Origin: a virus
Reading direction: 5' to 3' (one strand)
DNA length: 64,000 nucleotides
Virus record (IMG/VR): IMGVR_UViG_3300008261_003175
This document shows, piece by piece, positions 19,349 through 29,482 of the stretch (position 1 is its first letter; every line of letters starts with the position of its first letter). The notes beneath the pieces are model-generated. The model had not been told where the DNA came from. It saw only the letters and a list, made by a program, of their open reading frames with translations, and ran no database searches. The translations under genes and the position numbers were made by a program.

Positions 19349-20284
19349 ATGGATAATAGTAAATACGTACTTGGCTTATTGGAATCTGTTCTAGGTAAAG
19401 CAAAACCCGACAAAAATAAAATGGATCACATATTCCATTGTCCTATATGCAAACATAAGAAGCCTAAACTCGTTGTAAACATATCAACTGGACAATATAA
19501 CTGTTGGACATGCCATCCAGCGACAAAGGGTAAAACTCCAGTAACGTTATTTAAAAAACTAGAAGTCTCGGCTGATAAAATACTAGAAATGAAACAGTAT
19601 TTTAAAGGAGATAGAACGTCTCTTGAGAACTATAATCCTACTAAAGTAACATTACCAGAAGAATTTGTACCACTAAGTAATATTCCTAAAGGTATCAATA
19701 TAGAATACAGACACGCAATGGTTTATTTAAAACAAAGAGGAATAACTACAGAAGATATAAAGAAATACAATATGGGATACTGCTCCTCTGGAAGATTTAG
19801 AAATCGCATCATTGTGCCTTCATACGATAAAAATGGACAGCTTAATTATTTTATTGCTAGATCATTTGAAAAAGAACCATTCTTAAAATATGATGCTCCA
19901 AGCTGCTCCAAAACAGAAATTATAGGCTTTGAATACCTTATAAATTGGAAAATACCCGTAATTCTATGCGAAGGATCTTTCGATGCTATTGCAATTAAAA
20001 GAAATGCAATTCCTTTATTTGGTAAAACTATTCCAAAAGCGCTAATGATGAAATTAGTAGAATCTGATGTAAAAACTGTATATATAGCATTGGACAACGA
20101 CGCTCTTAAAGAGTCTATGACTTACGCAGAGAGTCTAATTAATATGGGCAAAGAGGTTTATCTAATAGAATTAGAAGGAAAAGATCCTGCAGACATGGGA
20201 TTTGAAACAATCACTAAACTTTTACATAGAGCAAAGCAGCTCACATTCACAGATTTATTAATTAAAAAAATGCAACTAGCATGA
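19349..20284 (+). CDS. DNA primase (DnaG/gp61-like: zinc finger plus TOPRIM)
   Basis: CPICKH...CWTC zinc finger, YLKQRGI, RIIVP, ILCEGSFDA, ALDND, KDPAD. Confidence 0.9.
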   Translation: MDNSKYVLGLLESVLGKAKPDKNKMDHIFHCPICKHKKPKLVVNISTGQYNCWTCHPATKGKTPVTLFKKLEVSADKILEMKQYFKGDRTSLENYNPTKVTLPEEFVPLSNIPKGINIEYRHAMVYLKQRGITTEDIKKYNMGYCSSGRFRNRIIVPSYDKNGQLNYFIARSFEKEPFLKYDAPSCSKTEIIGFEYLINWKIPVILCEGSFDAIAIKRNAIPLFGKTIPKALMMKLVESDVKTVYIALDNDALKESMTYAESLINMGKEVYLIELEGKDPADMGFETITKLLHRAKQLTFTDLLIKKMQLA

Positions 20285-21069
20285 TAAACAAATCAAGTAA
20301 CGTCTTTAAAGACAAGCGCTTAAAAATGATGGTCGAAACAGACCCCGATCTAAGACAAATCACACTTCCCGATGCCAGATACTACCAAAGATCGCCAGGC
20401 ATATTTTATCCTTCAGTGACAACTATATTAGGTTATTTTCCCAAAGGAGCATTTTTCGAAACATGGTTAAAAGATTCTGGTCACAATGCTGATTTTATAA
20501 TGAGACGTGCAGGAGATGAAGGCACTCAAGTTCATAATGCAGTAGAAGATATTTTAAGAGGAAAAGAACTTAGATGGATAGAGGCCGACGGCCATGTAAA
20601 CTATAACACTCATGTTTGGAGAATGATTTTAAGTTTCTACGATTTTTGGAGTACGTACAAACCAACTCTTTTGCTTTCTGAAGAGTTTATGTTTTCAGAC
20701 ACACATAAATATTCTGGAACATTAGATCTTTTGCTAGAGTTAAATGGAAAAAAATGGATTATAGATATAAAAACCTCAACAGCTATTCACACTAGTCACT
20801 TTTTACAAATGTCTGCGTATGTAAAAGCTTACGAAGAAAGATATTTACAAAATATAGATAATGTTGGTATATTGTGGTTAAAATCTCCAAAAAAAGGAGC
20901 TGATAAAACTGGCAAAAGAATACAAGGAGCTGGTTGGGAATTAAAAGAGGGAGATAAAAGCATAGATGATTACTTTCAAATGTTCCTACATACGTACGAA
21001 ACATATAAAATGATGCACCCGGAACAAGAAATAGAGATGTTAACTCTACCAAACTCTATAAAGCTCTAG
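20281..21069 (+). CDS. PD-(D/E)XK exonuclease
   Basis: YPSVTTIL, GTQVH, E...YSGTLD...IIDIKTS, QMSAY. Confidence 0.85.
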   Translation: MINKSSNVFKDKRLKMMVETDPDLRQITLPDARYYQRSPGIFYPSVTTILGYFPKGAFFETWLKDSGHNADFIMRRAGDEGTQVHNAVEDILRGKELRWIEADGHVNYNTHVWRMILSFYDFWSTYKPTLLLSEEFMFSDTHKYSGTLDLLLELNGKKWIIDIKTSTAIHTSHFLQMSAYVKAYEERYLQNIDNVGILWLKSPKKGADKTGKRIQGAGWELKEGDKSIDDYFQMFLHTYETYKMMHPEQEIEMLTLPNSIKL

Positions 21070-21087
21070 GTTTAAATATTTATAAGC

Positions 21088-21888
21088 ATGATAAGGTTAA
21101 GTAGTCTACTTTTAGAAGCTATCGGCAATCCCATAGCCATATTTTTAGCAGGTTCTGCTGGAGCGGGTAAATCTACATTTAGAAGGGAATTTTTGGATTC
21201 TATTGCAGATTTTACCATTTTAAATATAGATGATGAATACGAACCTTTATTACAAAAAGCTAATCTTCCATTAGATTTTAGAAAATTTAAAGGACCAGAA
21301 GATCTATCTGCAGCAGGCACAGCGATGTCTCAAGCTCAAAAAACTCATAGGTTTAAATACGAGAAGTCAAAAGCAGACATGTCTCATATAATAATTGACG
21401 GAACTGGAGGTTCATCTAGAGAAATTATAAAAAAGAAAAAAGAATTAGAAGATTTGGGATATAGAACAGCCATGGTTTTGATATTTGTTCCACCAGATAT
21501 ATCGCTTTATAGAAACATTAAAAGGGGCGATGAAGGAGGAAGAACTCTTATGCCTTCAATAATACTGAGAAGTTGGTCATCTATGTTTTCTAATATTGAT
21601 GTATATAAAAAAGAATTTGGAGACAACTTTATGTTGTATAAAGCGTATAAACCGGGTGAAGAAATATTTCCAGATTTTGATCCATCTAATCCTGAAATGA
21701 AAAAACAATTTTTCGATCCATTTCAAGTAAAAGGAAAAGAAAAATCTCCAGAGGAAAGAGCTAAAATGAATAAAAACATTAAAGATCTAAATAATCAAAT
21801 ATTATCTCAAATGCAAAAGATAAAAGATCTTGATTTCGATGATCCTTCTGAAATTAAAATAAAGATAAATAGATTGGCAAATGCGTGA
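21088..21888 (+). CDS. P-loop kinase (zeta toxin/AAA_33-like)
   Basis: AIFLAGSAGAGKST, LNID, IIIDGTG, RNIKR; MIRLSSLLLE leader. Confidence 0.8.
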   Translation: MIRLSSLLLEAIGNPIAIFLAGSAGAGKSTFRREFLDSIADFTILNIDDEYEPLLQKANLPLDFRKFKGPEDLSAAGTAMSQAQKTHRFKYEKSKADMSHIIIDGTGGSSREIIKKKKELEDLGYRTAMVLIFVPPDISLYRNIKRGDEGGRTLMPSIILRSWSSMFSNIDVYKKEFGDNFMLYKAYKPGEEIFPDFDPSNPEMKKQFFDPFQVKGKEKSPEERAKMNKNIKDLNNQILSQMQKIKDLDFDDPSEIKIKINRLANA

Positions 21889-22471
21889 TTATAGTCAAAT
21901 AGGCGTAGAAATAATCAAAGAGATTCTTAAAGAGGTGGATGATAAGACAGGACCTTGTTTTTTTCCTGGTAAATTTAAACCACCTCATAAAGGTCATTTT
22001 GAAGCCGCTAAGTACCTAACTCAAAGACCCTATATAAATAAAGTATACGTTGTCATAAGCAATGTAACAAAATTTGGAATAACAGCTAATGATAGTCTTA
22101 CAATATGGCAAGATTACTTAGCTGCTGAACCAAATAATAATATAGAAGTAAAAATTTCTACAGAAGGCACACCAATAAAAGATATATTTAGATTTGCAGC
22201 ACAAAATCCTGAATTAAAAAGTATATATGTTGCATCAGCAAAAGAGGAAGCAGACAATCTAGGATATTTTGATAAATTGCAAGAGCAATTTCCTAATATT
22301 AAAAAAGAAGTTGTTCCCGACCAATTTGGTAGAATATCAGCAACTCAAATGAGAAACGCGGTAAAAGACGGAAATTTTGATGAGTTTGCAAAATTTGTAC
22401 CAACAAGCGCATATAATAAAGGAAAAGCAAAAGAAGTTTTTGGATTGCTAACAAAAATTCTAGAAAAATAA
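21881..22471 (+). CDS. Cytidyltransferase-like (HIGH) nucleotidyltransferase
   Basis: FPGKFKPPHKGH and ISATQMR motifs. Confidence 0.8.
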   Translation: MRDYSQIGVEIIKEILKEVDDKTGPCFFPGKFKPPHKGHFEAAKYLTQRPYINKVYVVISNVTKFGITANDSLTIWQDYLAAEPNNNIEVKISTEGTPIKDIFRFAAQNPELKSIYVASAKEEADNLGYFDKLQEQFPNIKKEVVPDQFGRISATQMRNAVKDGNFDEFAKFVPTSAYNKGKAKEVFGLLTKILEK

Positions 22472-23365
22472 ATGGATTCTCAACAAAGATTAGGTATAAT
22501 AAACGATTTCATTGAGTATTGTCAGACTAATTTAGAAATAGAAGACTTACCAGAAATAAATTTCACTGAAGAAAGAGAGTGGGCTACATCAATCCACAGC
22601 TTTGGACAATACGCAAACAATCAAAAATCTCTAGAAGTCTATATTGGAAATAGAAATTTAGCCGATATACTAAGAACACTTTCTCATGAACTAGTTCATC
22701 ACAGACAGAACGAATTGGGAATGTTAGATTCAAGATCTGGAGACACAGGATCAGAAATTGAGAACCAAGCAAACTCAATATCAGGCATTTTAATGAGAAA
22801 CTACGGAAAAATGAACGAATTAATATACGAATCAAAATTGAAATTTATGGCTGAGTCCATAATAAAGTCAAGATTCACTATATATTGCGATATGGACGGA
22901 GTTTTAACTGATTTTGAAGTACAATTTGATCACTATTACGGAATGAGCGCTAGAGAATTTTCAAACGCAAAAGGTCCAACAATAATGAAAAAAGCCGTTG
23001 ACGATGTGGGACTGGATTTTTGGGCTAAAATGCCTCTATTTCCTGGAGCGCTTGAATTATGGTCATACATATCTAAATATCAACCTATAATATTGTCTAG
23101 TCCAAGTACTTTTAAATACGCTAAACAAGGAAAAGATATATGGATTGCTAATAATTTAAGACCATCGCCTAGCGAAATAATATATAAACAAACCGGTCAC
23201 AAAGAAGAAGCTATCCAGGGACTGCCAGAAACTGAAATAAAGAGATCTATACTCATAGACGATTACTACAAAAACCTAGCACCATGGAAAGAGCTGGGTG
23301 GCATAGGAATCACTCACAGAAGCGCTGAACAAACTATAAACATATTAAAAAAGTTTCGATTATGA
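22472..23365 (+). CDS. Fusion of an HExxH zincin-like domain and a HAD 5'(3')-nucleotidase-like domain
   Basis: TLSHELVHHRQ...EIENQAN; IYCDMDGVLTDF, ILSSP, ILIDD. Confidence 0.8.
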   Translation: MDSQQRLGIINDFIEYCQTNLEIEDLPEINFTEEREWATSIHSFGQYANNQKSLEVYIGNRNLADILRTLSHELVHHRQNELGMLDSRSGDTGSEIENQANSISGILMRNYGKMNELIYESKLKFMAESIIKSRFTIYCDMDGVLTDFEVQFDHYYGMSAREFSNAKGPTIMKKAVDDVGLDFWAKMPLFPGALELWSYISKYQPIILSSPSTFKYAKQGKDIWIANNLRPSPSEIIYKQTGHKEEAIQGLPETEIKRSILIDDYYKNLAPWKELGGIGITHRSAEQTINILKKFRL

Positions 23366-23931
23366 ATCAATCAACACTGAAAAAAGAATTCTCTCAAAGC
23401 ACAGTACAGAGAATGAGAAATATCATTACCGGAAAAGCAGGTGATAGGACACAAGTACAAACTGGTTGGGAAAAACACAAACAAGACTATCAAGAAGGCG
23501 ATGTATGGGAAGAAAGCGGTAAGAGATGGACAATAAAAAATGGAATAAAACAAACTATCACTAAATTAGATAATCTAAAAAAGCTAGTAGTTCTACCATT
23601 GACTTGTCCAAATTGTAAAACTCCATTCAAAGCGCACGATGTTAATAAAAAAATGTATTCTATTCACGGAATGTGTTTAAATTGCGTAACGGAAATGGAA
23701 ACCAAGTTAAAAATAGAAGGAAAATACTCGGAATATGAAAAAAATATTTTAAACCAAAATAAAAATGCTTCTTTAGAAGAATTTGAAATGGGTTTAGAAG
23801 CTTGGTTGAAAGAAAACGATTCGTTTGTTACAGAAGCAGGAGACGTGGAGAGCTGGGGAAAGGTGGACAAGACTAAAATGTACGAAGAAATAAAATCAAA
23901 TATAGAAAAACTTAAAAAGATCGATATTTAA
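23362..23931 (+). CDS. Hypothetical zinc-binding protein
   Basis: CPNC...HGMCLNC; EGDVWEESGKRWTIKNG. Confidence 0.65.
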   Translation: MNQSTLKKEFSQSTVQRMRNIITGKAGDRTQVQTGWEKHKQDYQEGDVWEESGKRWTIKNGIKQTITKLDNLKKLVVLPLTCPNCKTPFKAHDVNKKMYSIHGMCLNCVTEMETKLKIEGKYSEYEKNILNQNKNASLEEFEMGLEAWLKENDSFVTEAGDVESWGKVDKTKMYEEIKSNIEKLKKIDI

Positions 23932-23954
23932 AATATTTATTAAAAAGCAAAAGC

Positions 23955-24824
23955 ATGCCATATTCTATTGACTACAAAAATAAGTGTATATATAAGAAAA
24001 AAGAAGATGGTTCTCGTGGAGAAAAGGTAGGCTGTACTAAAGGCAATTTAAAATCATACATTGCGGCTGTTCAAATTCACGCAGAATCCAAAAAATATAA
24101 CACAAAAAAAATGATAAAAGAAACAGACGAAATGAATCCTGAGATTATTGAACCAATCGATGGAGCTATCGCTCAATTATATGTGGTTCAAAAACCATAT
24201 GTTGGCTGCGAATTAACTAGCCTCGTAAAACCTATAGATCCACTTATGGGAATAGGAGCAGGTCATTCTATAGTTCCAGATCAAGTGCATGCTGTTTTTG
24301 CTGACGAACCTACTGCTCAAAAAATAGCTACTGAATTGTACGAAACTTATTTGGAAGGTCAAGCTGCTTTGGAAGAGAAGAAAGAGACTACTACAAAAAA
24401 AGTTAAATCAGCTATAGATGCTCTAGAAAAGAAAAGAAAAGAGCACATGGACATGGCAAAAGAAGATCCTAAAAATGCAAGTAAACATCGTCAAGAAATT
24501 GCTGTATTGGCTAATAAAATAGACGATCTTATGACTAAATTAGAAAAGATCGAGAAGTCCAAAAAACCTGCAGAAGAAAAATTAGATGAAAACTTTTTTA
24601 AGAAATTAAAAGAGAGCATAAAAATGCAAAAATCTATTAAAGAAATAGGAAATACTTCTAATGTTCATCCTTGGGTATTAAGAGCTATGGAAGAACTAAA
24701 AGACGATTTAGATTTTTATTTAGGAAAAAATAATCAATATGCAGGATCTAGTATAGATTTTCAGTTACTTAAAACCAAAATGAATCATTTAACCAAAATG
24801 ATTAATACTTACAATAAACAATAA
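23955..24824 (+). CDS. Putative internal head protein (modular)
   Basis: Charged modules separated by IKE/LEE/LDE/LKE; upstream late motif. Confidence 0.5.
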   Translation: MPYSIDYKNKCIYKKKEDGSRGEKVGCTKGNLKSYIAAVQIHAESKKYNTKKMIKETDEMNPEIIEPIDGAIAQLYVVQKPYVGCELTSLVKPIDPLMGIGAGHSIVPDQVHAVFADEPTAQKIATELYETYLEGQAALEEKKETTTKKVKSAIDALEKKRKEHMDMAKEDPKNASKHRQEIAVLANKIDDLMTKLEKIEKSKKPAEEKLDENFFKKLKESIKMQKSIKEIGNTSNVHPWVLRAMEELKDDLDFYLGKNNQYAGSSIDFQLLKTKMNHLTKMINTYNKQ

Positions 24825-24833
24825 TACATAAAA

Positions 24834-25196
24834 ATGGAACAATACGTAAAATTTATATCTACGCTATTCGCTAGTCGCACGCAAGCTCATATTTTTCATT
24901 TACAAACAAATTCTTTCGCAGCGCATAAAGCTCTCAACGAGTATTACGATGGGATCATAGATTTTGTTGATGGTCTAGCAGAAAGCTTTCAAGGACGATA
25001 CGGTATTATGAGAGGATATACAAGTCCAACAACATTTAAAGAAGACGATCAAGTGATAACTTATTTCGAAGCTCTTTGTAAATATGTTGAAAGCACTAGA
25101 CAATCTTTGCCGCAAGACAGTTATATACAAAATGAGATAGATAATGTAGTTGCTTTGATAGAATCAACTAAGTATAAACTTAAATTTTTGCATTAA
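24834..25196 (+). CDS. Ferritin/Dps-like four-helix protein (DUF5856-type)
   Basis: QAHIFHLQT.SFAAHKALNEYYDGI...D.LAE.FQG...QNEID...YKLKFL. Confidence 0.75.
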   Translation: MEQYVKFISTLFASRTQAHIFHLQTNSFAAHKALNEYYDGIIDFVDGLAESFQGRYGIMRGYTSPTTFKEDDQVITYFEALCKYVESTRQSLPQDSYIQNEIDNVVALIESTKYKLKFLH

Positions 25197-25199
25197 TAT

Positions 25200-25526
25200 A
25201 TGCATAAGCATGAATTAAACGAAGGCGAATTTTGCCCAATGTGTTTGAAAGAGTATATCTTAGAACACGCTAATAAATTAGAAGAGGCAGAATACAAAGG
25301 CAGAGACGTACCTTTAGGAAAACCAATGGCAGGAGACGTAAAGAAATTTAAAGTATACGTTAAGAATGACAAAGGCAATGTAATTAAAGTTAATTTTGGT
25401 CAAAAAGGGGTTAGGATAAAAAAGAATAATCCAAAAAGACGTAAAAGTTATAGAGCTAGACACGGATGCGATAAAAATCCTGGACCTCGTTGGAAAGCAA
25501 ATTATTGGTCTTGTAGAAAATGGTAA
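25200..25526 (+). CDS. Basic conserved phage protein
   Basis: LEEAEYKGR...KKFKVYVKN..GNVIKVNFG...SYRARHGC...ANYWSC. Confidence 0.65.
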   Translation: MHKHELNEGEFCPMCLKEYILEHANKLEEAEYKGRDVPLGKPMAGDVKKFKVYVKNDKGNVIKVNFGQKGVRIKKNNPKRRKSYRARHGCDKNPGPRWKANYWSCRKW

Positions 25527-25539
25527 ATACAATAATATT

Positions 25540-25827
25540 ATGCATAGCTTAAAACAATTATTAGAAATAGGAGATTATACCGCTGCAACCACAGTTCAAA
25601 CAGGAGTTGATCCTGAAACAGGTAAAATTTCTTGGGACGTATCTTATAAGCCCGATTTTAATATAATATTTAAAAAATTAGACGAGGTTATAAAAAATAT
25701 TCAACAAGCAGAAGCAGACGAACATATAAAAGATCCTGTTATAGAGCAGAGTTTAAAAGCTTTAAAAGCAGCTAGAAAATCAATGGAGTCAAGAATAATG
25801 GATAAATATCCAGAGTTTTTAAAATAA
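25540..25827 (+). CDS. Hypothetical (putative head cargo) protein
   Basis: MHSLKQLLE leader. Confidence 0.55.
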   Translation: MHSLKQLLEIGDYTAATTVQTGVDPETGKISWDVSYKPDFNIIFKKLDEVIKNIQQAEADEHIKDPVIEQSLKALKAARKSMESRIMDKYPEFLK

Positions 25828-25833
25828 AAAACT

Positions 25834-26091
25834 ATGATAAAATTAATAGCTCTATTATTAGAAGCAGAAAGAACAAAGTCTGGCGTAAAAGTTAAAGCCG
25901 CGTATTTAACAAAAGATAAAGCGGCGATGAAAAAAGAAATAGACAGAGTAAAAAAATTGAAATCAGATGATCCCTCAGCTTACAATAAATGGGACGCTGA
26001 TTACTCAGATAAAGAAAAAACAAAAAAATACAAAACAAAAAAGTCTGCAGCAACTACTGCATACGAAAAAAGATTTGGTAAAAGCAAATGA
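25834..26091 (+). CDS. Basic hypothetical (putative head cargo) protein
   Basis: MIKLIALLLE leader; Lys-rich. Confidence 0.55.
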   Translation: MIKLIALLLEAERTKSGVKVKAAYLTKDKAAMKKEIDRVKKLKSDDPSAYNKWDADYSDKEKTKKYKTKKSAATTAYEKRFGKSK

Positions 26092-26369
26092 TAAGCCTAC
26101 TTAAACTTCTTTTAGAATATGACGATAACGTAGAAAAAGCTTTATCTAATAAAGCAAAAGCTACAAAAATATCGAAAACTATACTTAAGCAGGTGTATGA
26201 AAAGGGCTTAAGCGCATGGAAAGGCGGACACAGACCAGGTGTTGGTCAACATCAATGGGCAATGGGAAGAGTCAATTCATTCGTAACAGGTCAAGGAGGA
26301 TCAAGAAAAGTAGACAAAAAGTTATGGCAAAAAGCGAAAAAAAGCAAAAAGAAAAAAGCCAAAAAATGA
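26088..26369 (+). CDS. Basic conserved phage protein (DUF5824-like)
   Basis: MISLLKLLLE leader; LKQVYEKGLSAWKGGHRPG..QHQWAMGRVNSFV. Confidence 0.6.
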   Translation: MISLLKLLLEYDDNVEKALSNKAKATKISKTILKQVYEKGLSAWKGGHRPGVGQHQWAMGRVNSFVTGQGGSRKVDKKLWQKAKKSKKKKAKK

Positions 26370-26875
26370 TAAAATTAAAAAATCTATTAAACGAAGTATC
26401 TTACGAAAAGTCTGGATTAAAAAAACCAGAACTCGCAGATAGAGACAAAGATAAAAAAATATCTTCTTGGGAAAAGAAAGTAGGTCAAAAAATAGAAAAA
26501 AATCTAGACGAAACTGCTCCTCAAGACGAATATTCTATAGGAATGAAAAAATATTCAGTGGGCAGACCTCAACAATATCCAGATTCTTGTCAAGAGTGCG
26601 GAGGAATGGTTTACGAAGGATCTTGTATGGAATGTGATTCCGTAAATCAAAATCAAATGACTTCTTATGATGGAGGATACGAACATGAAGAAGAATCTCA
26701 TGATCATGAAGTTGGAATGGCTCAAAATCTTTTAAAAGACATCATAAGTAACGCATCTCAATTGATGGATAAAATAGGTCAAGAAGAAATTAATTTACCG
26801 GGTTGGATCCAAGATCACATATCGAAAGCTCAAAACTATATTAGTCAAGCAAACGTGGGATACCATGAACTATAA
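26366..26875 (+). CDS. Hypothetical head-cargo protein with a CxxC-CxxC motif (start revised from 26216)
   Basis: The ATG overlapping the upstream TGA gives an MIKLKNLLNE leader; CQEC...CMEC; LPGWIQDHISKA. Confidence 0.6.
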   Translation: MIKLKNLLNEVSYEKSGLKKPELADRDKDKKISSWEKKVGQKIEKNLDETAPQDEYSIGMKKYSVGRPQQYPDSCQECGGMVYEGSCMECDSVNQNQMTSYDGGYEHEEESHDHEVGMAQNLLKDIISNASQLMDKIGQEEINLPGWIQDHISKAQNYISQANVGYHEL

Positions 26876-28802
26876 TATGCAAAATCTAGACATACTAAAA
26901 AAATTATTACTTCAAGAGGAAGAAGATTCTAAAAGAATGGAAAAATCTCCAAAGACTTTCGAAGACGATCCTATGAATTTTATCTTGAATAAGTACGATA
27001 CTCTAAAAGAGATAATGGCTGAGTTGATGTCTGAGAATTTTGAAGAACTCTTAACGGGAATTTATATATTAGCATATAAACCCAGTCAATTTAAAATAGT
27101 TCTTCACAACGGTCAATATTTCTTTATGACCTTTATGGGAGAAGCATATCAAGCTACAGTCTCTGGTAAAAACTATTTCTTATTAAATACAGGAGAGAAA
27201 CAAAGAGCGATGTTGGCAATATCTAGATTGCTTAGATGGGGAAGTCCTCTAAAAGTAAAAGGTCCTGAAAGCGCTGAACAAGGGACAGAATCAGGAACAG
27301 AAGAAACACCAGTAGAAACTCCACCAGCAGAAGGAGGAGAAGAAACAGGAGAAGAAGGCGGCACATTAGAAGAATCATTGATTTTACGTAAGCTATTATC
27401 AGAATCAATAGAAGACGATATATCTAATATTTTAAAAAAAAATAAAAATATATCATCTTTAGGAATACAAAAGATAGAAAAAACTGGTAAAAACACATAT
27501 AAAGTGTATTTTAGCGGTGTAAATACTAGAGATAAGAAAGCTAGATTAGACGCAATGAAGCAATTAATATCCACTAAAGGTATTAACGCTAGCATATCTA
27601 GAGGTCTTTCTTCTATAGGAAACGTAAAATTGTCAACCAAATCTGGAGACGTAAATCTATTATTTAAAGGATCATCAGAAACAGCCACTTCAACTAACGT
27701 AAAAGAAGGATTGGTAATATTATTTTTCTACTCTAAAATATCAAAGCCTGTAACAAAAACAAATTTTGATAGTATTGTAACCACGTTAAAAAAAGTATTG
27801 GCTAAATCCTCAGGAATAAGTGATAGTACAAAATCTGAATTAGATTCATTTTTGACGAGTATAAAAAATACGCCAGAAGCAATAAGTAATTTAAATCAAC
27901 CATTATCTCAAGCAACAACTATAAAAAGTAAATATTCCACTTTTAATTTAACAAGAACTGGAATATTTGATGAGATTAGATCTGTTGCGCATGAAAAATT
28001 AGGCATGCCCGCAGATAAGTGGTGCCCTGGCGATGTTTACGTAGTCATTAATGAAAAGAAAGCTCAAAGTATTTTACAAAAAGCCAAATCTGAAGATTCT
28101 TCTCAAACAGCCGGCATATTAAATAATGCATTCGTTTCAAAATGGGGATCAGTAAATGCTCCATTGGTTGCGGTGTCATTAAAATTTGAAAAAGCCCAAG
28201 GAGGAAAAGCGAAAGCATATTTTGATAAGTTTAAAAAAGCGAAAACAGAGTATAACTTAACATCAGACGAACAAAATTATAACGAAAAGAAATACAGAGA
28301 GGGCATAGAAAGGTTAAGAAAGTCTATATTATCGTACGTAAAAAGCAACAAAAATATAAAATACGATATACCTGAAACAGATGTAAAAAATATAAAAGTA
28401 GAACAACTTAGAGGAAAGTATGCTGCATTGAAATCATTAAATTTCTTTTTTACTCAAATAACAAACGATGAAGGCGTACAATCTATAGATGATGCTTTAC
28501 TGGCATTAGCCGCTTTTGCAATGTCTCTCGGAGATGTTTCTCCTACGTTCTATAAAGTTATAGCATCAAGTACAGGAGAATCTGGAAAAATAGAAACTTT
28601 CGAAGCTGGTAGTGCTCTTTCCTTATATGTTGAAGACAAAATACAACCTATAAAAATAACAGACACATCTACTTTTGGGGGATTGGTCATAGAGATATTA
28701 GCGTCCAAGAAGAAAGATGATAATATTAAAATAACATTGAATGCCAGAAATAATGGAACAACACAAGGCACTATAGAAATTTCAAAAATTCAACACATAT
28801 AA
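26865..28802 (+). CDS. Multidomain protein: conserved N-domain, acidic linker, putative PD-(D/E)XK-type nuclease
   Basis: NVKEG...DKWCPGDVYV...LVAVSLK; internal LEESLILRKLLSE. Confidence 0.5.
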   Translation: MNYNMQNLDILKKLLLQEEEDSKRMEKSPKTFEDDPMNFILNKYDTLKEIMAELMSENFEELLTGIYILAYKPSQFKIVLHNGQYFFMTFMGEAYQATVSGKNYFLLNTGEKQRAMLAISRLLRWGSPLKVKGPESAEQGTESGTEETPVETPPAEGGEETGEEGGTLEESLILRKLLSESIEDDISNILKKNKNISSLGIQKIEKTGKNTYKVYFSGVNTRDKKARLDAMKQLISTKGINASISRGLSSIGNVKLSTKSGDVNLLFKGSSETATSTNVKEGLVILFFYSKISKPVTKTNFDSIVTTLKKVLAKSSGISDSTKSELDSFLTSIKNTPEAISNLNQPLSQATTIKSKYSTFNLTRTGIFDEIRSVAHEKLGMPADKWCPGDVYVVINEKKAQSILQKAKSEDSSQTAGILNNAFVSKWGSVNAPLVAVSLKFEKAQGGKAKAYFDKFKKAKTEYNLTSDEQNYNEKKYREGIERLRKSILSYVKSNKNIKYDIPETDVKNIKVEQLRGKYAALKSLNFFFTQITNDEGVQSIDDALLALAAFAMSLGDVSPTFYKVIASSTGESGKIETFEAGSALSLYVEDKIQPIKITDTSTFGGLVIEILASKKKDDNIKITLNARNNGTTQGTIEISKIQHI

Positions 28803-28803
28803 T

Positions 28804-29151
28804 ATGTCATTCGACTTACAAAAATATCTAATAGAAAACAATCTTACCTTAACAGGAAAAATAAGAATGTTTGAAGACAAAGATACTGAAGAGCCTACAG
28901 AAGAAGATATGAAATCTACTGATAAGGACATGAAGGATTTAGATAAGAATAAAAAAGAATTGGCGCAATTACAAGCAAAGGCAAAAGACATAATTTTTAA
29001 ATACACTGAAGATACGCCGCAAGGCAGAAAAGTCAAAGGCAGCATTTCTGATTATAAAAAAGCGATAGGAGACATTCCAAATAAAATAAAACAACTAAAA
29101 GATAAAATCAAAGCAGTTGAAAATCCCACAGATACCGATACAGAAGATTAA
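28804..29151 (+). CDS. Hypothetical (putative head cargo) protein
   Basis: MSFDLQKYLIENNL leader shared with 36991. Confidence 0.55.
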   Translation: MSFDLQKYLIENNLTLTGKIRMFEDKDTEEPTEEDMKSTDKDMKDLDKNKKELAQLQAKAKDIIFKYTEDTPQGRKVKGSISDYKKAIGDIPNKIKQLKDKIKAVENPTDTDTED

Positions 29152-29482
29152 TTATAAAACAGTGCTATATATAGTATTAGGATTTGTTTTACTATACGGA
29201 GTTATATTACTTGCAACACGTAAACCACAAATTCCCGCTGATATTAAAGCAACAATCGACTCATTAACTAATCTTAATAAACAATTAATAGAACATCAAA
29301 AACAAATTGATAGTACTATTCATGTTTATGAAACTGAAGTTAAACAAGTTGATGATAAAATTGATAATATAAAAGAAAAAACAACAATTATTAAAGAATA
29401 TTATCATGAAATAAGTCAGCAAGTTAATAATTATACTCTTACTGAATTAGATTCATTTTTTAAAAAAAGATACAACTACTAA
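29117..29482 (+). CDS. Membrane-anchored coiled-coil protein (i-spanin-like)
   Basis: N-terminal TM VLYIVLGFVLLYGVILLA followed by a coiled coil. Confidence 0.5.
   Translation: MKIPQIPIQKINYKTVLYIVLGFVLLYGVILLATRKPQIPADIKATIDSLTNLNKQLIEHQKQIDSTIHVYETEVKQVDDKIDNIKEKTTIIKEYYHEISQQVNNYTLTELDSFFKKRYNY

Noticed and set aside
26216-26365. N-terminal 50 aa of the 219-aa ORF call
   Set aside because: Overlaps gene 26088-26369; the coupled ATG at 26366 gives the family leader MIKLKNLLNE
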